DNA of 64,000 nucleotides. Origin: Chthoniobacterales bacterium (GTDB lineage Bacteria > Verrucomicrobiota > Verrucomicrobiia > Chthoniobacterales > Chthoniobacteraceae). Where the stretch lies: positions 32,001 through 96,000 of the forward strand of contig JBBQZX010000008.1 of NCBI GenBank assembly GCA_038207335.1, in the 5' to 3' direction. The translations under genes were made by a program, and so were the position numbers. Under the pieces are notes generated by a model. That model saw nothing but the letters and a program-made list of their open reading frames with translations. It made no database searches and had not been told where the DNA came from. Below are positions 28,881 through 39,185 of this stretch, piece by piece. Numbering within the stretch: the stretch's first letter is position 1; each line of letters opens with the position of its first letter.

Positions 28881-29896
28881 CGCAGCGTCTCCGCTTTCAA
28901 CCACGCCAGGCATGACTCGCGAGACGCACCGAGACGCGTGAGATCAATGCTGTCCCGCGCCCACTCCGCCAGCTCCCGCACCTCAGCCGGGAGCCGCTCC
29001 GCAGGCACCGGGCCGAGCGGAATTTGTCGGGAGCGCGAATTCGCAAGCGCCAGCTCCGTCTCCTCCGAAAGCAGGAAGTCCACGAGCTTCCGCGCGTCCT
29101 CGATTCGCTTCGTCCCATGAACGATCGCCACGGCATTCGGTATGCAAATCGTCGCGCCGCCTTCCAGTCGCAACGGTTCCATCGCGACAGGTTTCCCCGC
29201 GTTCGTTGCCTCGAAAAAATCGTCCGTGTCCGTGATGCCGATCTCACACACCCCCTCTGCCACGAGATCCTTCACACCCGCATTCCCCGCCGCCTCGCGC
29301 AGCCCGCGCCGCCGAATATCGCGATGCCACGCCTGCAATTTCCCGCCGCCCCAAAAATCCCACAGCGCGCAGTATTGCGTTAACGTCGTCCCGTAGAGCG
29401 GCTTCGCCATCGCGACCCGCGACAGGTCATCGCCGGCAAACACTGCATCCATCGGCATCCCCGGCTGCCGTTGCTGCTTTTGAGTATTGAAAATGACCAC
29501 GCGCATCCGCGCCGAAAATCCCGTCCAGCGTCCATCCACGTCTTTGAACCGCGTCGGGATGCGCGCGAAACCGGGCCCGCGATACGGCTCGAAAACACCG
29601 CGTTCCGCGAGGTCGAGCATCGCCAGCATCTCGTTGTTCCAGAAAACGTCGCAACGCGGGCGCTCCCTTTCGCGCAGCAGCAGTTCGACGAGCCCGAGCG
29701 ATTTCGTCGCCTCAGTGTCGTAGCGAATCGCCACCCGCACGCCGCTCTCCCGCTCGAAATCGCGCAGGATTCTCTCCGCATAAATCGAGTCGTGCGCGCA
29801 ATACACGACGAGCTCTCGCGGCATTCCGAGCCAGTAAATCGCCCACACGGCAATCAGCGCGAGCACCGCAGCAGCAGGGACAAAAAGACGTCGCAT
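28877..29896 (-). CDS. ABC substrate-binding protein (FbpA/FutA-like, Fe3+)
   Basis: LVVYCAHD, CDVFWNNE, WTGFSARMRV, TDTDD. Confidence 0.8.
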   Translation of the reverse strand: MRRLFVPAAAVLALIAVWAIYWLGMPRELVVYCAHDSIYAERILRDFERESGVRVAIRYDTEATKSLGLVELLLRERERPRCDVFWNNEMLAMLDLAERGVFEPYRGPGFARIPTRFKDVDGRWTGFSARMRVVIFNTQKQQRQPGMPMDAVFAGDDLSRVAMAKPLYGTTLTQYCALWDFWGGGKLQAWHRDIRRRGLREAAGNAGVKDLVAEGVCEIGITDTDDFFEATNAGKPVAMEPLRLEGGATICIPNAVAIVHGTKRIEDARKLVDFLLSEETELALANSRSRQIPLGPVPAERLPAEVRELAEWARDSIDLTRLGASRESCLAWLKAETLR

Positions 29897-30102
29897 CGGA
29901 CTTTGAGAAAATCAGACCCGCGCCGATTTGCCGACCATTCCGGCGCGGCAAAATCTCCGTACTTCACACAATCGTGACGCACCGCGTGGCATTTCGTCGC
30001 GTCCGTTTCAGCCCCGTCGCAATCGCCGCGAAGATGTTCCGATCAAGTGCTGGCGGGCATCTCGCGACTTCGGCACACGTCTCCGGCGTCAACGTCAGCC
30101 CA

Positions 30103-30753
30103 ATGAATTCACCAATAATACTCCCGTTCCTTCTGCTCGCACTCAACCCTCGCGCGTTCGCCGACGATGCCCAGTCGCCCGCCACGCGCTCGCGGCTCAT
30201 CCACGCGACCTCCGCCAGCCCGGCGCGCATCGCCCCGAAATTCGCGCTGCCGCCGCTCCCTGAAGGCGTCGAAGAATTGAAGCTGAACGACTTTTTCAAA
30301 ACACCCGTCGGCCCGCGTGGACTTGAGATTTCAACGAAGCTGAAGGTGCTCGATGGAAGGCGCGTGCGCGTGCTCGGCTTTATGGTGCGCGAGGAAATCT
30401 CGACCTGCGAACCGACCGCCCGGCCGCTCCCCGGCAAGCGCGCGATCCCCGCCTGGCTCGAGGCGTCCGTGCCCGGCCGCATGTTGCTCGCGTCCGCCCC
30501 GCAGTCCGTGAGCATCGCCCACTACGCGCTCTGCGACGACCTCCCGGCGCAGACGCTTTTCATCACGGTTCCCGATCATTTCGGCGAGCCGATCCCCTTC
30601 ACGCCGGGGCCGCTGCTGCTCACCGGCACGCTCAGCGTCGGGGCAAAAGTCGAGCACGACGGACGGCAATCGATCGTCCGCCTCGTGCTCGATCCCGCGC
30701 CGACCATCACCACCGCTTCCGCAGTCACTCAGTCCACCAAACCAACCAAATAA
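30103..30753 (+). CDS. Exported hypothetical protein (DUF3299-like/OB-fold candidate)
   Basis: Signal peptide, LDGRRVRVLGFMV, LLLTGTLSVG; stop abuts the phoA start. Confidence 0.6.
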   Translation: MNSPIILPFLLLALNPRAFADDAQSPATRSRLIHATSASPARIAPKFALPPLPEGVEELKLNDFFKTPVGPRGLEISTKLKVLDGRRVRVLGFMVREEISTCEPTARPLPGKRAIPAWLEASVPGRMLLASAPQSVSIAHYALCDDLPAQTLFITVPDHFGEPIPFTPGPLLLTGTLSVGAKVEHDGRQSIVRLVLDPAPTITTASAVTQSTKPTK

Positions 30754-32712
30754 ATGAAATCCACACATCCCATAAAAACCACCGCAGCCGCTCTCGCACT
30801 GCTGGCGGCGGCTACAGCGGCCCACGCCGCGCCCACGATCACACGACTCACTCCGCCGAGTGCGCTCTTCACATTCGGCGACCCGAGCGGACCGTACGTC
30901 GCGCGCTTTCTGCCCGATCAGCGCTTCGATCTTCAATGCACCGCGGTGCCGGACTCTGGCGCGACGATCAGTGAAGTCCGATTCGAAATCGACGGCGTCC
31001 TCGTCCCCGGCACGGCGGCGCTGACCCCGGCGACCGTCTCCGGCATGCCTGCAGGAACGACGGTCGGAACAATCCGCGCGGCGCGCGTGACGAAGCCCGG
31101 CGTCCACACCTTCCAAGTGATCGCGACGCAGAGCAACGGCCAGCACACGACGAAAGGCGGCAACTTCGAGATCGTGGCGATCAAGAAGGGCGGCCCGAAA
31201 GTGAAGAACGTCATCGTCTTCATCGGCGACGGAATGGGCGCAAGCCATCGCACCGCCGCACGCATCATGAGTCGCGGGATCGAGCAGGGCAAAGTACTCG
31301 CGCCGCTCGCGATGGATACGTTCCCTTTCACCGGGCTCGTGATGACGGCGTCGCTGAATTCCATCATCACCGACTCCGCGCCGGGTGCCGCGTGCTACTC
31401 GAGCGGAAACAAATGCAACAACAACCAGGAGGGCGTCTTCCCGGATGACACGGTCGATAAATTCGACAACCCGCGCGTCGAGCTCATCGGCGAATATCTC
31501 GCGCGGACGCAGGGGAAAGCGCTCGGCATCGTGACGACCGCGGATGTTTTCGACGCCACTCCGGCGGCGTTCGGAATCCACACGCAGGATCGCGGCGCGG
31601 GCACCGGCATTTGCGACCAGTATCTCGACGAAGCGGCGCGCACGGCAAATCTCACCGTGCTCCTCGGCGGTGGGCGCAAATGGTTTCTCCCAACTGGCAC
31701 GCTCGGCAGCACGCGCAGCGCGAGCAGTGATTACACGCTCCCGGCTGAACTCGCGACCGCATGGGGCGTGAATGCCGGCACCATCGATCCCGCCCGCGAT
31801 TTGCTCGCGGATTTCCAGGCGTCGGGCTTTTCCTACGCGCCAGATCGCACCTCGCTGAACACCGCCGCGGACAGCGCAACCAAGCTACTCGGGCTCTTCG
31901 CTTTCTCGAATATGAACGTCGCGAAGGACAAGATCGACGGACGCCGCGGCGCGAGCACTGTCGTGAATGACTACGGCTTCCCCGACCAGCCGCTGCTCGA
32001 TGAAATGACCGACAGAGCACTCAAAGTGCTGAGCAAAAACGCGAATGGCTTCATCCTCATGGTCGAGGGCGCGTCAATCGACAAGCAGGCGCACAACATG
32101 GACACTGAGCGGTGGATTCTCGACACGATCGAGATGGATAACGCGATCGCGAGGGCGAAGGCATTTGCCGGCAAGCGCAATGACACGCTCATTATCGTCA
32201 CCGCGGATCACGAGTGCGCGGGCGTCGCGATCATCGGCGCTAGCACCGTGACCGATGCGGCGCTCGCCACCGCTGCTGCCGGCGGGGGGGGCGCGGCGAC
32301 GCTGCGCGACCCGATCGTGGGCACCTACGATCTCGCGAGCTTCCCGGAATACACGAACGCCCCGGACGGCTACCCCGTCACGACCGACGTGAACTTCCGC
32401 ATGCTCATCGGCTACGCGGCGAACGCGGATCGCTTCGAAGACTGGCGCACGAATCCGCTCCCGCTGCGCGACGGCCAGCAGCCGCTGAACAACGTGGCGC
32501 CGCTCAACACCTATCCGAGCGGCCCGCTCAATCGCGACACAGCCGGTAACTACATGATCACCGGCCAGGTCGGCGGCAGCAGCGCCGTGCATTCCGGCGG
32601 CGACATCCCAGTGAGCGCATTCGGGCGCGGATCGTCGCTCTTCACCGGAGTCATGGATAACACGGACGTGTTCTTCAAGGTGATGCAGGCAACCGTCGGC
32701 GGCGCGCGGTAA
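30754..32712 (+). CDS. phoA: Alkaline phosphatase (PhoA family) with an extra N-terminal beta domain
   Basis: FIGDGMG, ITDSAPGA (catalytic Ser), DATPA, VEGASIDKQAH, VTADHE. Confidence 0.92.
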   Translation: MKSTHPIKTTAAALALLAAATAAHAAPTITRLTPPSALFTFGDPSGPYVARFLPDQRFDLQCTAVPDSGATISEVRFEIDGVLVPGTAALTPATVSGMPAGTTVGTIRAARVTKPGVHTFQVIATQSNGQHTTKGGNFEIVAIKKGGPKVKNVIVFIGDGMGASHRTAARIMSRGIEQGKVLAPLAMDTFPFTGLVMTASLNSIITDSAPGAACYSSGNKCNNNQEGVFPDDTVDKFDNPRVELIGEYLARTQGKALGIVTTADVFDATPAAFGIHTQDRGAGTGICDQYLDEAARTANLTVLLGGGRKWFLPTGTLGSTRSASSDYTLPAELATAWGVNAGTIDPARDLLADFQASGFSYAPDRTSLNTAADSATKLLGLFAFSNMNVAKDKIDGRRGASTVVNDYGFPDQPLLDEMTDRALKVLSKNANGFILMVEGASIDKQAHNMDTERWILDTIEMDNAIARAKAFAGKRNDTLIIVTADHECAGVAIIGASTVTDAALATAAAGGGGAATLRDPIVGTYDLASFPEYTNAPDGYPVTTDVNFRMLIGYAANADRFEDWRTNPLPLRDGQQPLNNVAPLNTYPSGPLNRDTAGNYMITGQVGGSSAVHSGGDIPVSAFGRGSSLFTGVMDNTDVFFKVMQATVGGAR

Positions 32713-32735
32713 GCACATCGCGGTCTGTTGGTTCC

Positions 32736-32771
32736 CCCGCCCTTCGGTTTGCCGGAGGGCGGGTTTTTTTT
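32736..32771 (+). terminator. Intrinsic terminator
   Basis: CCCGCCCTTCGG-TTTG-CCGGAGGGCGGG followed by T8. Confidence 0.85.
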
Positions 32772-32808
32772 CCGCGGAATGGCGAGCGAATCCATACATC
32801 CTCGCGCG

Positions 32809-35763
32809 ATGAAGTCGCTCCCAGCTTCCGTCATCCTGCTGCTGTTCGCTGTGTGTCTCACGACGCCGAGCTTTTCCAACGCGCAGACCTCGCCTGCAAA
32901 GAAGATCGTCCTGATCGCGGGGAAGAAAAGTCACGGGCCGGAGGGCAATCGCATCCATGACTACGCGTGGTCTGTGCGGCTCCTAAAAGTGATGCTCGAG
33001 CACTCGAGCGTCCGCTCGAAAATCAAGGTGGAGACAGCATTCGATGGCTGGCCGCTTGATCCAAAGATGCTCGACGATGCGGATACGATCATGGTGATTT
33101 CGGACGGACGCGATGGGGACAAGTTTGAGGAAGCACCGCATCTCGCATCGCCCGAGCATGTCGCCACGATCGAGCGGCAGATGGCGCGTGGCTGCGGGCT
33201 CGTAACGTTTCATTTTTCAACATTCGCGCCCGAGCAATTTGGCCCGCAAATGTTGCGGTGGAACGGCGCGTATTTCGGCTGGGAGAAAGATGGAAAGCGC
33301 GACTGGTATTCCGCAATCACGACGACTGAGGCGGACGTGGCGCTGCCGACTCCGACGCACCCGGCGACGCGCGGCGTGAAGCCGTTTCGCATGCGCGAGG
33401 AGTTTTACTACAACCTGCGCTTCGCACCGGGCGACGCCGCGCTCGTGCCGCTGCTCGCGGTCCCCGCGCTGCACGGTCGCGAGCCGGATGGAAACGTCGT
33501 CGCGTGGGCGCGGCAGCGCGACGACGGCGGACGCGGATTCGGCACGACGTGCGGACATTTTTACGACAACTGGCAGAACGCCGACTTCCGCAAACTCGTG
33601 CTGAACGGACTGGTCTGGAGCGCGGGCATCGACGTGCCGGCGGGCGGAGTGGACGCGCGATATTTCGAGCGCGATGAAGTGATGGCCGCGTTGGAACGGG
33701 AGATGCCACGCGCGACGATGCCGGAGTTTCTTGAAATCCCTGCGGCGCCCGCCGACTCGCTCACGACAACAAATGGCGCGACACCGCGCGCCGATTATCG
33801 CGACTGGCCCCGCTCGCTCGGCGACGCAACTTCCACGCGTTACTCCGGCTTGAGCGCAATCAATCGCGGAAACGTGAAAGATTTGCAGGTCGCGTGGACA
33901 TACCACTCGAAGGACGGCGGTGGAAATATTCAGTGCAATCCGATCGTCGTGGACGGCGTGATGTTCGCACCGACGGCGGGGAATTTCGTTGTCGCAGTGA
34001 ACGCCGCGAACGGTGAGGAGCTGTGGCGCTTCAAGCCCGAAGTGCCGCCGCACCCGAGCCTTCCGGAGTTCCCGGCCCGTCGTGGACTCTTGTACTGGCG
34101 CGGCACGGATGGCATTTCAGACCGCCTGGTCTTCACTGCGGGCAATTGGATTTACGCACTCGATCCGAAGGCTGGAAAGCCGGTTGTCGGCTTCGGCGAA
34201 AACGGGCGCACGGCGATTCCGACCGGCGGGACGGCAGCGGGCGCGGTCTTCAAGCGCGTGCTCGTCGTGCCTGGATTCAACCGCGACGTCTTTGGCTACG
34301 ACATCGCGGACGGGCGTTTACTGTGGACGTTTCACACAATCCCGCACTCTGGCGAATTCGGCAATGAGACGTGGTCGCACATCGACGACGGCGCAAACTG
34401 CTGGGGCGGCATGGCGCTTGATGAAGCGCGTGGCATCGCCTTCATCGCGACCGGTTCGCCGAAGCCGAACTTCAACGGCACCGGCCATCTCGGCGAAAAT
34501 CTTTTTGCAAACTGCGTGATCGCGCTGAACGCCGAGACCGGCGAGCGGCTCTGGCATTTTCAGGAAATCCGCCACGACATCTGGGACCTTGATATCCCCA
34601 CGCAGCCGAATCTTGTGACGGTCATACACGAGGGCCGCCGCGTGGATGCGGTGGCGCAGGGCACGAAAATCGGCAACACGCTGCTGCTCGACCGCGTGAC
34701 TGGAAAGCCGCTCTTCCCATTTCGCCTCCGCCGCGCGCCGGCTTCACAGCTCGCTGGCGAGACGACCTGGCCGTATCAGCCCGACGTGCAAATGCCCGAG
34801 CCGTTTGCGCGGAAAGAGTTCACGCGCGAGGACATCACGACACGCACACCGGAGGCTCACGCATTCGTCGAGCAGCAGCTCACGCGCGCGAACATCGGCT
34901 GGTTTGCGCCATTCGAGGAGTCGAAACCGACTGCATTTTACGGTCTCCACGGCGGCGCGGAGTGGACGGGCGCGGCGGTCGATCCGAAGACCACGCGGCT
35001 ATACGTCACGGCCAATGAAATGCCGTGGCTCATCACCGTTTTCCGCGACGACGACGCGCCTCCCGCCATGCCACCGACGCCCGGAGAACAGCTCTACCAA
35101 ATGAATTGCGCGGCATGTCACGGCCCCGATCGCGTCGGGATCGGCGTGGCTCCGCCGCTCCGCGGAGTGCGCCATCGGATGAAAGACGACGACTTCCTCG
35201 CGCTGCTGAAAACCGGCCGCAACCTCATGCCGCCCGCGCCGCCGATGACCGCGGAGCAACAAAAGCAGCTCCTTGATTTCCTATTCGTCCGCGACCGCCC
35301 ACAGCCGCCCGCCGACCCGTCCGCGCCGCCGCGATACTCATTTGCCGGCTATCGCAAGCTGCTCGATCAGGACGACTTTCCCGGCTGCAAGCCACCGTGG
35401 GGATCGCTGAATTGCGTCGATCTCAACACCGGAAAACTAGTCTGGAAAGTGCCGCTCGGCGAATACGACGCACTCACCAAGCTCGGCATCCCAAAGACCG
35501 GCACCGAGAATTTCGGTGGCGCGATCGTCACCGCAGGCGGCCTCGTCTTCGCCTCCGGCACGCGCGACAACAAGATCCGCGCCTTCGATTCCGACACCGG
35601 CGAGGAACTCTGGAGCGCAATACTCCCGCTCCACGGCACCACCGCGCCGACGACTTACGAAACTGGCGGACGCCAGTTCCTCGTGATCCCCGCGACCGGG
35701 GGCGGCAAGCTCGGCGGCCTCACGAGCGACGCTTACGTAGCCTTCGCACTGCCGGAGAAGTAG
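32809..35763 (+). CDS. ThuA-like domain fused to a PQQ-dependent dehydrogenase with an inserted c-type cytochrome
   Basis: IVLIAGKKSHG...GRGFGTTCGH (ThuA); GANCWGGMALD, WHFQEIRHDIWDLD, PPWGSL (PQQ); CAACH. Confidence 0.85.
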   Translation: MKSLPASVILLLFAVCLTTPSFSNAQTSPAKKIVLIAGKKSHGPEGNRIHDYAWSVRLLKVMLEHSSVRSKIKVETAFDGWPLDPKMLDDADTIMVISDGRDGDKFEEAPHLASPEHVATIERQMARGCGLVTFHFSTFAPEQFGPQMLRWNGAYFGWEKDGKRDWYSAITTTEADVALPTPTHPATRGVKPFRMREEFYYNLRFAPGDAALVPLLAVPALHGREPDGNVVAWARQRDDGGRGFGTTCGHFYDNWQNADFRKLVLNGLVWSAGIDVPAGGVDARYFERDEVMAALEREMPRATMPEFLEIPAAPADSLTTTNGATPRADYRDWPRSLGDATSTRYSGLSAINRGNVKDLQVAWTYHSKDGGGNIQCNPIVVDGVMFAPTAGNFVVAVNAANGEELWRFKPEVPPHPSLPEFPARRGLLYWRGTDGISDRLVFTAGNWIYALDPKAGKPVVGFGENGRTAIPTGGTAAGAVFKRVLVVPGFNRDVFGYDIADGRLLWTFHTIPHSGEFGNETWSHIDDGANCWGGMALDEARGIAFIATGSPKPNFNGTGHLGENLFANCVIALNAETGERLWHFQEIRHDIWDLDIPTQPNLVTVIHEGRRVDAVAQGTKIGNTLLLDRVTGKPLFPFRLRRAPASQLAGETTWPYQPDVQMPEPFARKEFTREDITTRTPEAHAFVEQQLTRANIGWFAPFEESKPTAFYGLHGGAEWTGAAVDPKTTRLYVTANEMPWLITVFRDDDAPPAMPPTPGEQLYQMNCAACHGPDRVGIGVAPPLRGVRHRMKDDDFLALLKTGRNLMPPAPPMTAEQQKQLLDFLFVRDRPQPPADPSAPPRYSFAGYRKLLDQDDFPGCKPPWGSLNCVDLNTGKLVWKVPLGEYDALTKLGIPKTGTENFGGAIVTAGGLVFASGTRDNKIRAFDSDTGEELWSAILPLHGTTAPTTYETGGRQFLVIPATGGGKLGGLTSDAYVAFALPEK

Positions 35764-35816
35764 GAGGCTTCATCCAGACGCATCGGTCACAACTCTGCGG
35801 AGTGTGCTCGTCCCAA

Positions 35817-36782
35817 CTAATCACCCGTCGGAACTGATTGGTACAACGCCGCGAGTCGGCGCAGCAATGTTTCGAGATCGCTGAAATACTGCGCCTCCGG
35901 CAGCGTCGCCTTTGCCTCGCGCAACTTTGCGACTTCCAGTTCCAGCGCGTCCCTCTCAACTCGAATTTCTGGCGGCAGCGCCCGTTCGGCAGCGTTGGGA
36001 ATGAGGTGAATCTGCTGCGCTCGCAATCCGTCCGGCGGCGCGCCGTCTTTAGCGCGCTTCACAGCCCGCACACCTTCAAACCAGTCCGCCGGAGTGCCGG
36101 CCCCGTCGCCGTTGTCGTCGAGCAGCGAGTGCTCCGTAGCGAGCCGTCCGTCGTCATCGTAGAATGCCTTCACCCGCTGTGCCGCCGCGAGCCACGCCTC
36201 CAAAACGGACACCTGCCCGTCTCGGTTCAAGTCCGCCGCGGGGTCGGAAATCGCATGGGAAAGATACTCCGCAAATCGCGAATAATTCTGCTCGCTCCCG
36301 CTCCGAGTCGCCGTGATGACAACCCGCCCGGGCGAGGAAAGCGGTGCGAGAAATCCTCCGCTTGCGGAGAACGCGTTCACGAGAACTAGCGGGCGCTGAA
36401 ACGGCTTCAGCAAACGCGCGAACTCGGTCGCCGAAAGGTCGTCCCCGAGCAGGTTAAACTTCGCCTCCTTGCCATCGAACGTCCCGTGCCCGATTAGCAC
36501 GAGCCAAAGTTCCGAAGCGCCTTCGACCCTCTCGGCCCCGAGCGCTTTTCGAAACTCCTCGAGGGCGTCGGGCTCGTCGCTATCACCTCCGATCACCATC
36601 GCTTTCGCTCCGCCCGCCTCCGCCGCGAGCTGCCATTCATTCGCCGCTTTCGCAAAGCCCGCGGCGTATTCCGCCGTCCCGCCCGCGCCCACGAGCACAA
36701 GCACGGAGGCCCGATCGCCCGTGCCCGCCGCGCTCGCGAGCCCGGCGGCAGCCATGAAAATCACAGCGCAGAAACGTTTCAC
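35817..36782 (-). CDS. Exported caspase/legumain-fold-like hypothetical protein
   Basis: LVLIGHG, LVNAFSASGGF, VVITAT, DLNRDGQVS, LLDDNGDG. Confidence 0.55.
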   Translation of the reverse strand: MKRFCAVIFMAAAGLASAAGTGDRASVLVLVGAGGTAEYAAGFAKAANEWQLAAEAGGAKAMVIGGDSDEPDALEEFRKALGAERVEGASELWLVLIGHGTFDGKEAKFNLLGDDLSATEFARLLKPFQRPLVLVNAFSASGGFLAPLSSPGRVVITATRSGSEQNYSRFAEYLSHAISDPAADLNRDGQVSVLEAWLAAAQRVKAFYDDDGRLATEHSLLDDNGDGAGTPADWFEGVRAVKRAKDGAPPDGLRAQQIHLIPNAAERALPPEIRVERDALELEVAKLREAKATLPEAQYFSDLETLLRRLAALYQSVPTGD

Positions 36783-39100
36783 GCCAATCCCCTCCAGCGG
36801 CGCAAACCCCACTCCCCGGCGAAGCACGCGAGTGCGAATAAGAATATCTCCGGCGTCTGCCACAGCGGGCGCGTCCACGCCTCCATCGACGGCGCTTTTC
36901 GAGTCGGCAGTGACTTTACGAATTCCTCCAGCTTTTCCGCCGCGATCACCTGCCCGCCAGTCCCACGTGCCAGTCGCTGCATCAGTTCGCGATTCGGCCG
37001 CAGCGTACGAAACTCCGCGTTATCGAGATTTGCAGCCCATCCTGCGTGTGCCTCGCCAAGGCTCGCGCCCGCCTCGCTCACGACTGTCGCCTCAATGCGA
37101 AATCCGCCGTTTTCCCGTGCCGTGAAGCTCGTCTCATAAACGCCCGCCTCGCTCGCCGATGCTTCTGCCATCAGGCTTGCCGGCGCGTTAATACTCCCAG
37201 TTGCTTGCACGTTCACACGCACCGAAGCGTTGTCGATCGGTTGAAACTTCGCGTCCCGCACGCGCACCTGAATCTTCACTTCCGCGTCGTTTACCGGCTC
37301 AATCCGCAGCTCGATCGGCTCAGGCACATCGGCCACGAGCCAGCGCGCGAGCTGTCGCCACGCCTTTGCGAGATCGGCACTGCGCGCATCATCGCCGAGC
37401 GCCGTCTCCCACAAATCCCCAACCAGCATCGCCGCCGCCCGGCCGCGTCCGAAGCGCTGCGTCACGAGCGCCGGCCACTCGCGCCGCCCGTCCGTCACAT
37501 TTGCCACGACCATCGCGCCCGGCTTTACGCCGCTCGTCCTATTCAGCACATCGATCGCGGGCAGTGCGCCGAGCCGCTTCGTTTCATCCGCCTCCGTCGT
37601 GCGCAGCCGCACCCACGGCTGCACCCATCCCTCGCGCGTCAAAGCGAGCCGCAGTCCCGCAGTCGTGGGCAGTGCGGGCGCGTCGAGATATACCGGCAGG
37701 ACTTCGTTGATCGCAGTGCGCTGATATCCGCCTTCGCGAAACGATTCCGTACCTCCGAGCATCAAAACCCCACCGCCGCGCTCCGAGACGAATCGCTGCA
37801 CAAGCGCCATTTGATCCGGGGTGAAAAAACCCGCCTCCAAGTCATCCACGACCACCGCGTGATATTTGAAAAGCTCCTCCGCGGTCTTTGGAAATCCACC
37901 GCGCAGTTCGACTTCATCCTCTGTCCCAAGCCGCACCAGCACTGGCTGATCGTATTGCTCCACCTCCTCTTTCGATTGACTTCCAAAGCCGCGAAAAAGC
38001 GGATTGCTCGATTCTCCCGTGCGTCCTCGGAACGTGAATTTCGGCTCCCGTTTCGCGATGCGGATCAAGCCCACAAGCCGCGTTTGCTCGTCAGCCTCGA
38101 TCGCGCGATGCAGAAATTTGTATTCCCAATTTGGCCTCCCAGAAACGTAGAGAATCCGGCGGTCGCCCGCCCCGCGATCCACTGCCAGCGTGATTCCGTT
38201 GTTCAAGAGCGTTGCCTCCGGTGGCGCATCTTTGCTCCCCGGGTCCACCTCGAGTTTGTAGAAACTGAGGCCACTTTTCTCGGGACGAAACTGAAACCGG
38301 AGCGTGGTGCGATCCCCCTCCTTCGGCATCGTGAGCGTTTGCTCCGACGCCACTTTTCCGTCGTCGAGCGCCACGACTTTTCCCACGATCTTCTCGCCGG
38401 AAAATCCGCTCGCGTTGACGTCCGCCTGCACGGTCACCGGCGCGTCTTCGAAAGCAGTCTGCGCCACCGAGAAGCTGCCAACGCCGAGGTCTCGGGGCGC
38501 TTCATCGCTGCCGAAAATCACGGGAAATACGGGCGGCAATCCGCTCAAATCAACATCGGGCGGCAGGTCCGCTGCGATCCCGTCGGTGAGCAAAACGATG
38601 CCCGCGAGCGACTGCCCACGGGCCCGCTCCACTAGCTCCCGCAAAGCTTCACCGAGCGCTGAAGCCCGGCCCGAAAAATCCAGGTCGGCGAAATCGCGCG
38701 ATGCTTCGAGCCGCTGTGCTGCGACGTAATTGCGCACCTCGAAATCCTCCGCAAGCCGCGTGCGCCAGCCGCGCCGCTCACCCGTCAGGTAGCCACGCAT
38801 CGCTTCGCCGCGCGACGCTCCGTCATCGCCTCCCGGCAGGGTCATGCTCCGGCTGTTGTCCGCCACCACCGCGATCAAGTTCGCCCGCGGCTTCGCCCGC
38901 TGCCCGACCCACGCGGGCTCCAGCAGACAGGCGAGCAGTGCGAGCAGGCCCAGCAGCTTCAACGCCGCACACGTCACCCGAAACCCGGTTGGCGCAGACG
39001 AGCGAAGATAACTCCACGCGACGAACGCGAATGCTCCCGCGGCCAACGCCACCGTCGCGACGAGCCAGTCTTTACCCAAAAGAATCAGCGTCCCGATCAT
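36779..39100 (-). CDS. Membrane-anchored VWA-like + GATase1-like protein of the MoxR operon
   Basis: TM helices, DNSRSM, LLTDG, RILYVSGRPNWEYKFL, FVSERGGGVLMLGG, C-terminal EWGLRRWRGL. Confidence 0.75.
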   Translation of the reverse strand: MIGTLILLGKDWLVATVALAAGAFAFVAWSYLRSSAPTGFRVTCAALKLLGLLALLACLLEPAWVGQRAKPRANLIAVVADNSRSMTLPGGDDGASRGEAMRGYLTGERRGWRTRLAEDFEVRNYVAAQRLEASRDFADLDFSGRASALGEALRELVERARGQSLAGIVLLTDGIAADLPPDVDLSGLPPVFPVIFGSDEAPRDLGVGSFSVAQTAFEDAPVTVQADVNASGFSGEKIVGKVVALDDGKVASEQTLTMPKEGDRTTLRFQFRPEKSGLSFYKLEVDPGSKDAPPEATLLNNGITLAVDRGAGDRRILYVSGRPNWEYKFLHRAIEADEQTRLVGLIRIAKREPKFTFRGRTGESSNPLFRGFGSQSKEEVEQYDQPVLVRLGTEDEVELRGGFPKTAEELFKYHAVVVDDLEAGFFTPDQMALVQRFVSERGGGVLMLGGTESFREGGYQRTAINEVLPVYLDAPALPTTAGLRLALTREGWVQPWVRLRTTEADETKRLGALPAIDVLNRTSGVKPGAMVVANVTDGRREWPALVTQRFGRGRAAAMLVGDLWETALGDDARSADLAKAWRQLARWLVADVPEPIELRIEPVNDAEVKIQVRVRDAKFQPIDNASVRVNVQATGSINAPASLMAEASASEAGVYETSFTARENGGFRIEATVVSEAGASLGEAHAGWAANLDNAEFRTLRPNRELMQRLARGTGGQVIAAEKLEEFVKSLPTRKAPSMEAWTRPLWQTPEIFLFALACFAGEWGLRRWRGLA

Positions 39101-39185
39101 CGTGAATCAATCAGCTGCACGCGGTGCGAAGACTCCGGGAAGTGCACTCGTTCTTGCGAGCGCTCGGCATCCCGCGCATCACGCA

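Noticed and set aside
32731..32738. 8-nt complementarity between the candidate sRNA (GGGGGAAC) and the phoA 3' UTR (GTTCCCCC)
   Set aside because: Too short and low-complexity to distinguish from chance.
32728..32808. Extended start of the ThuA-PQQ ORF
   Set aside because: It runs through the phoA terminator; the signal peptide begins at 32809.
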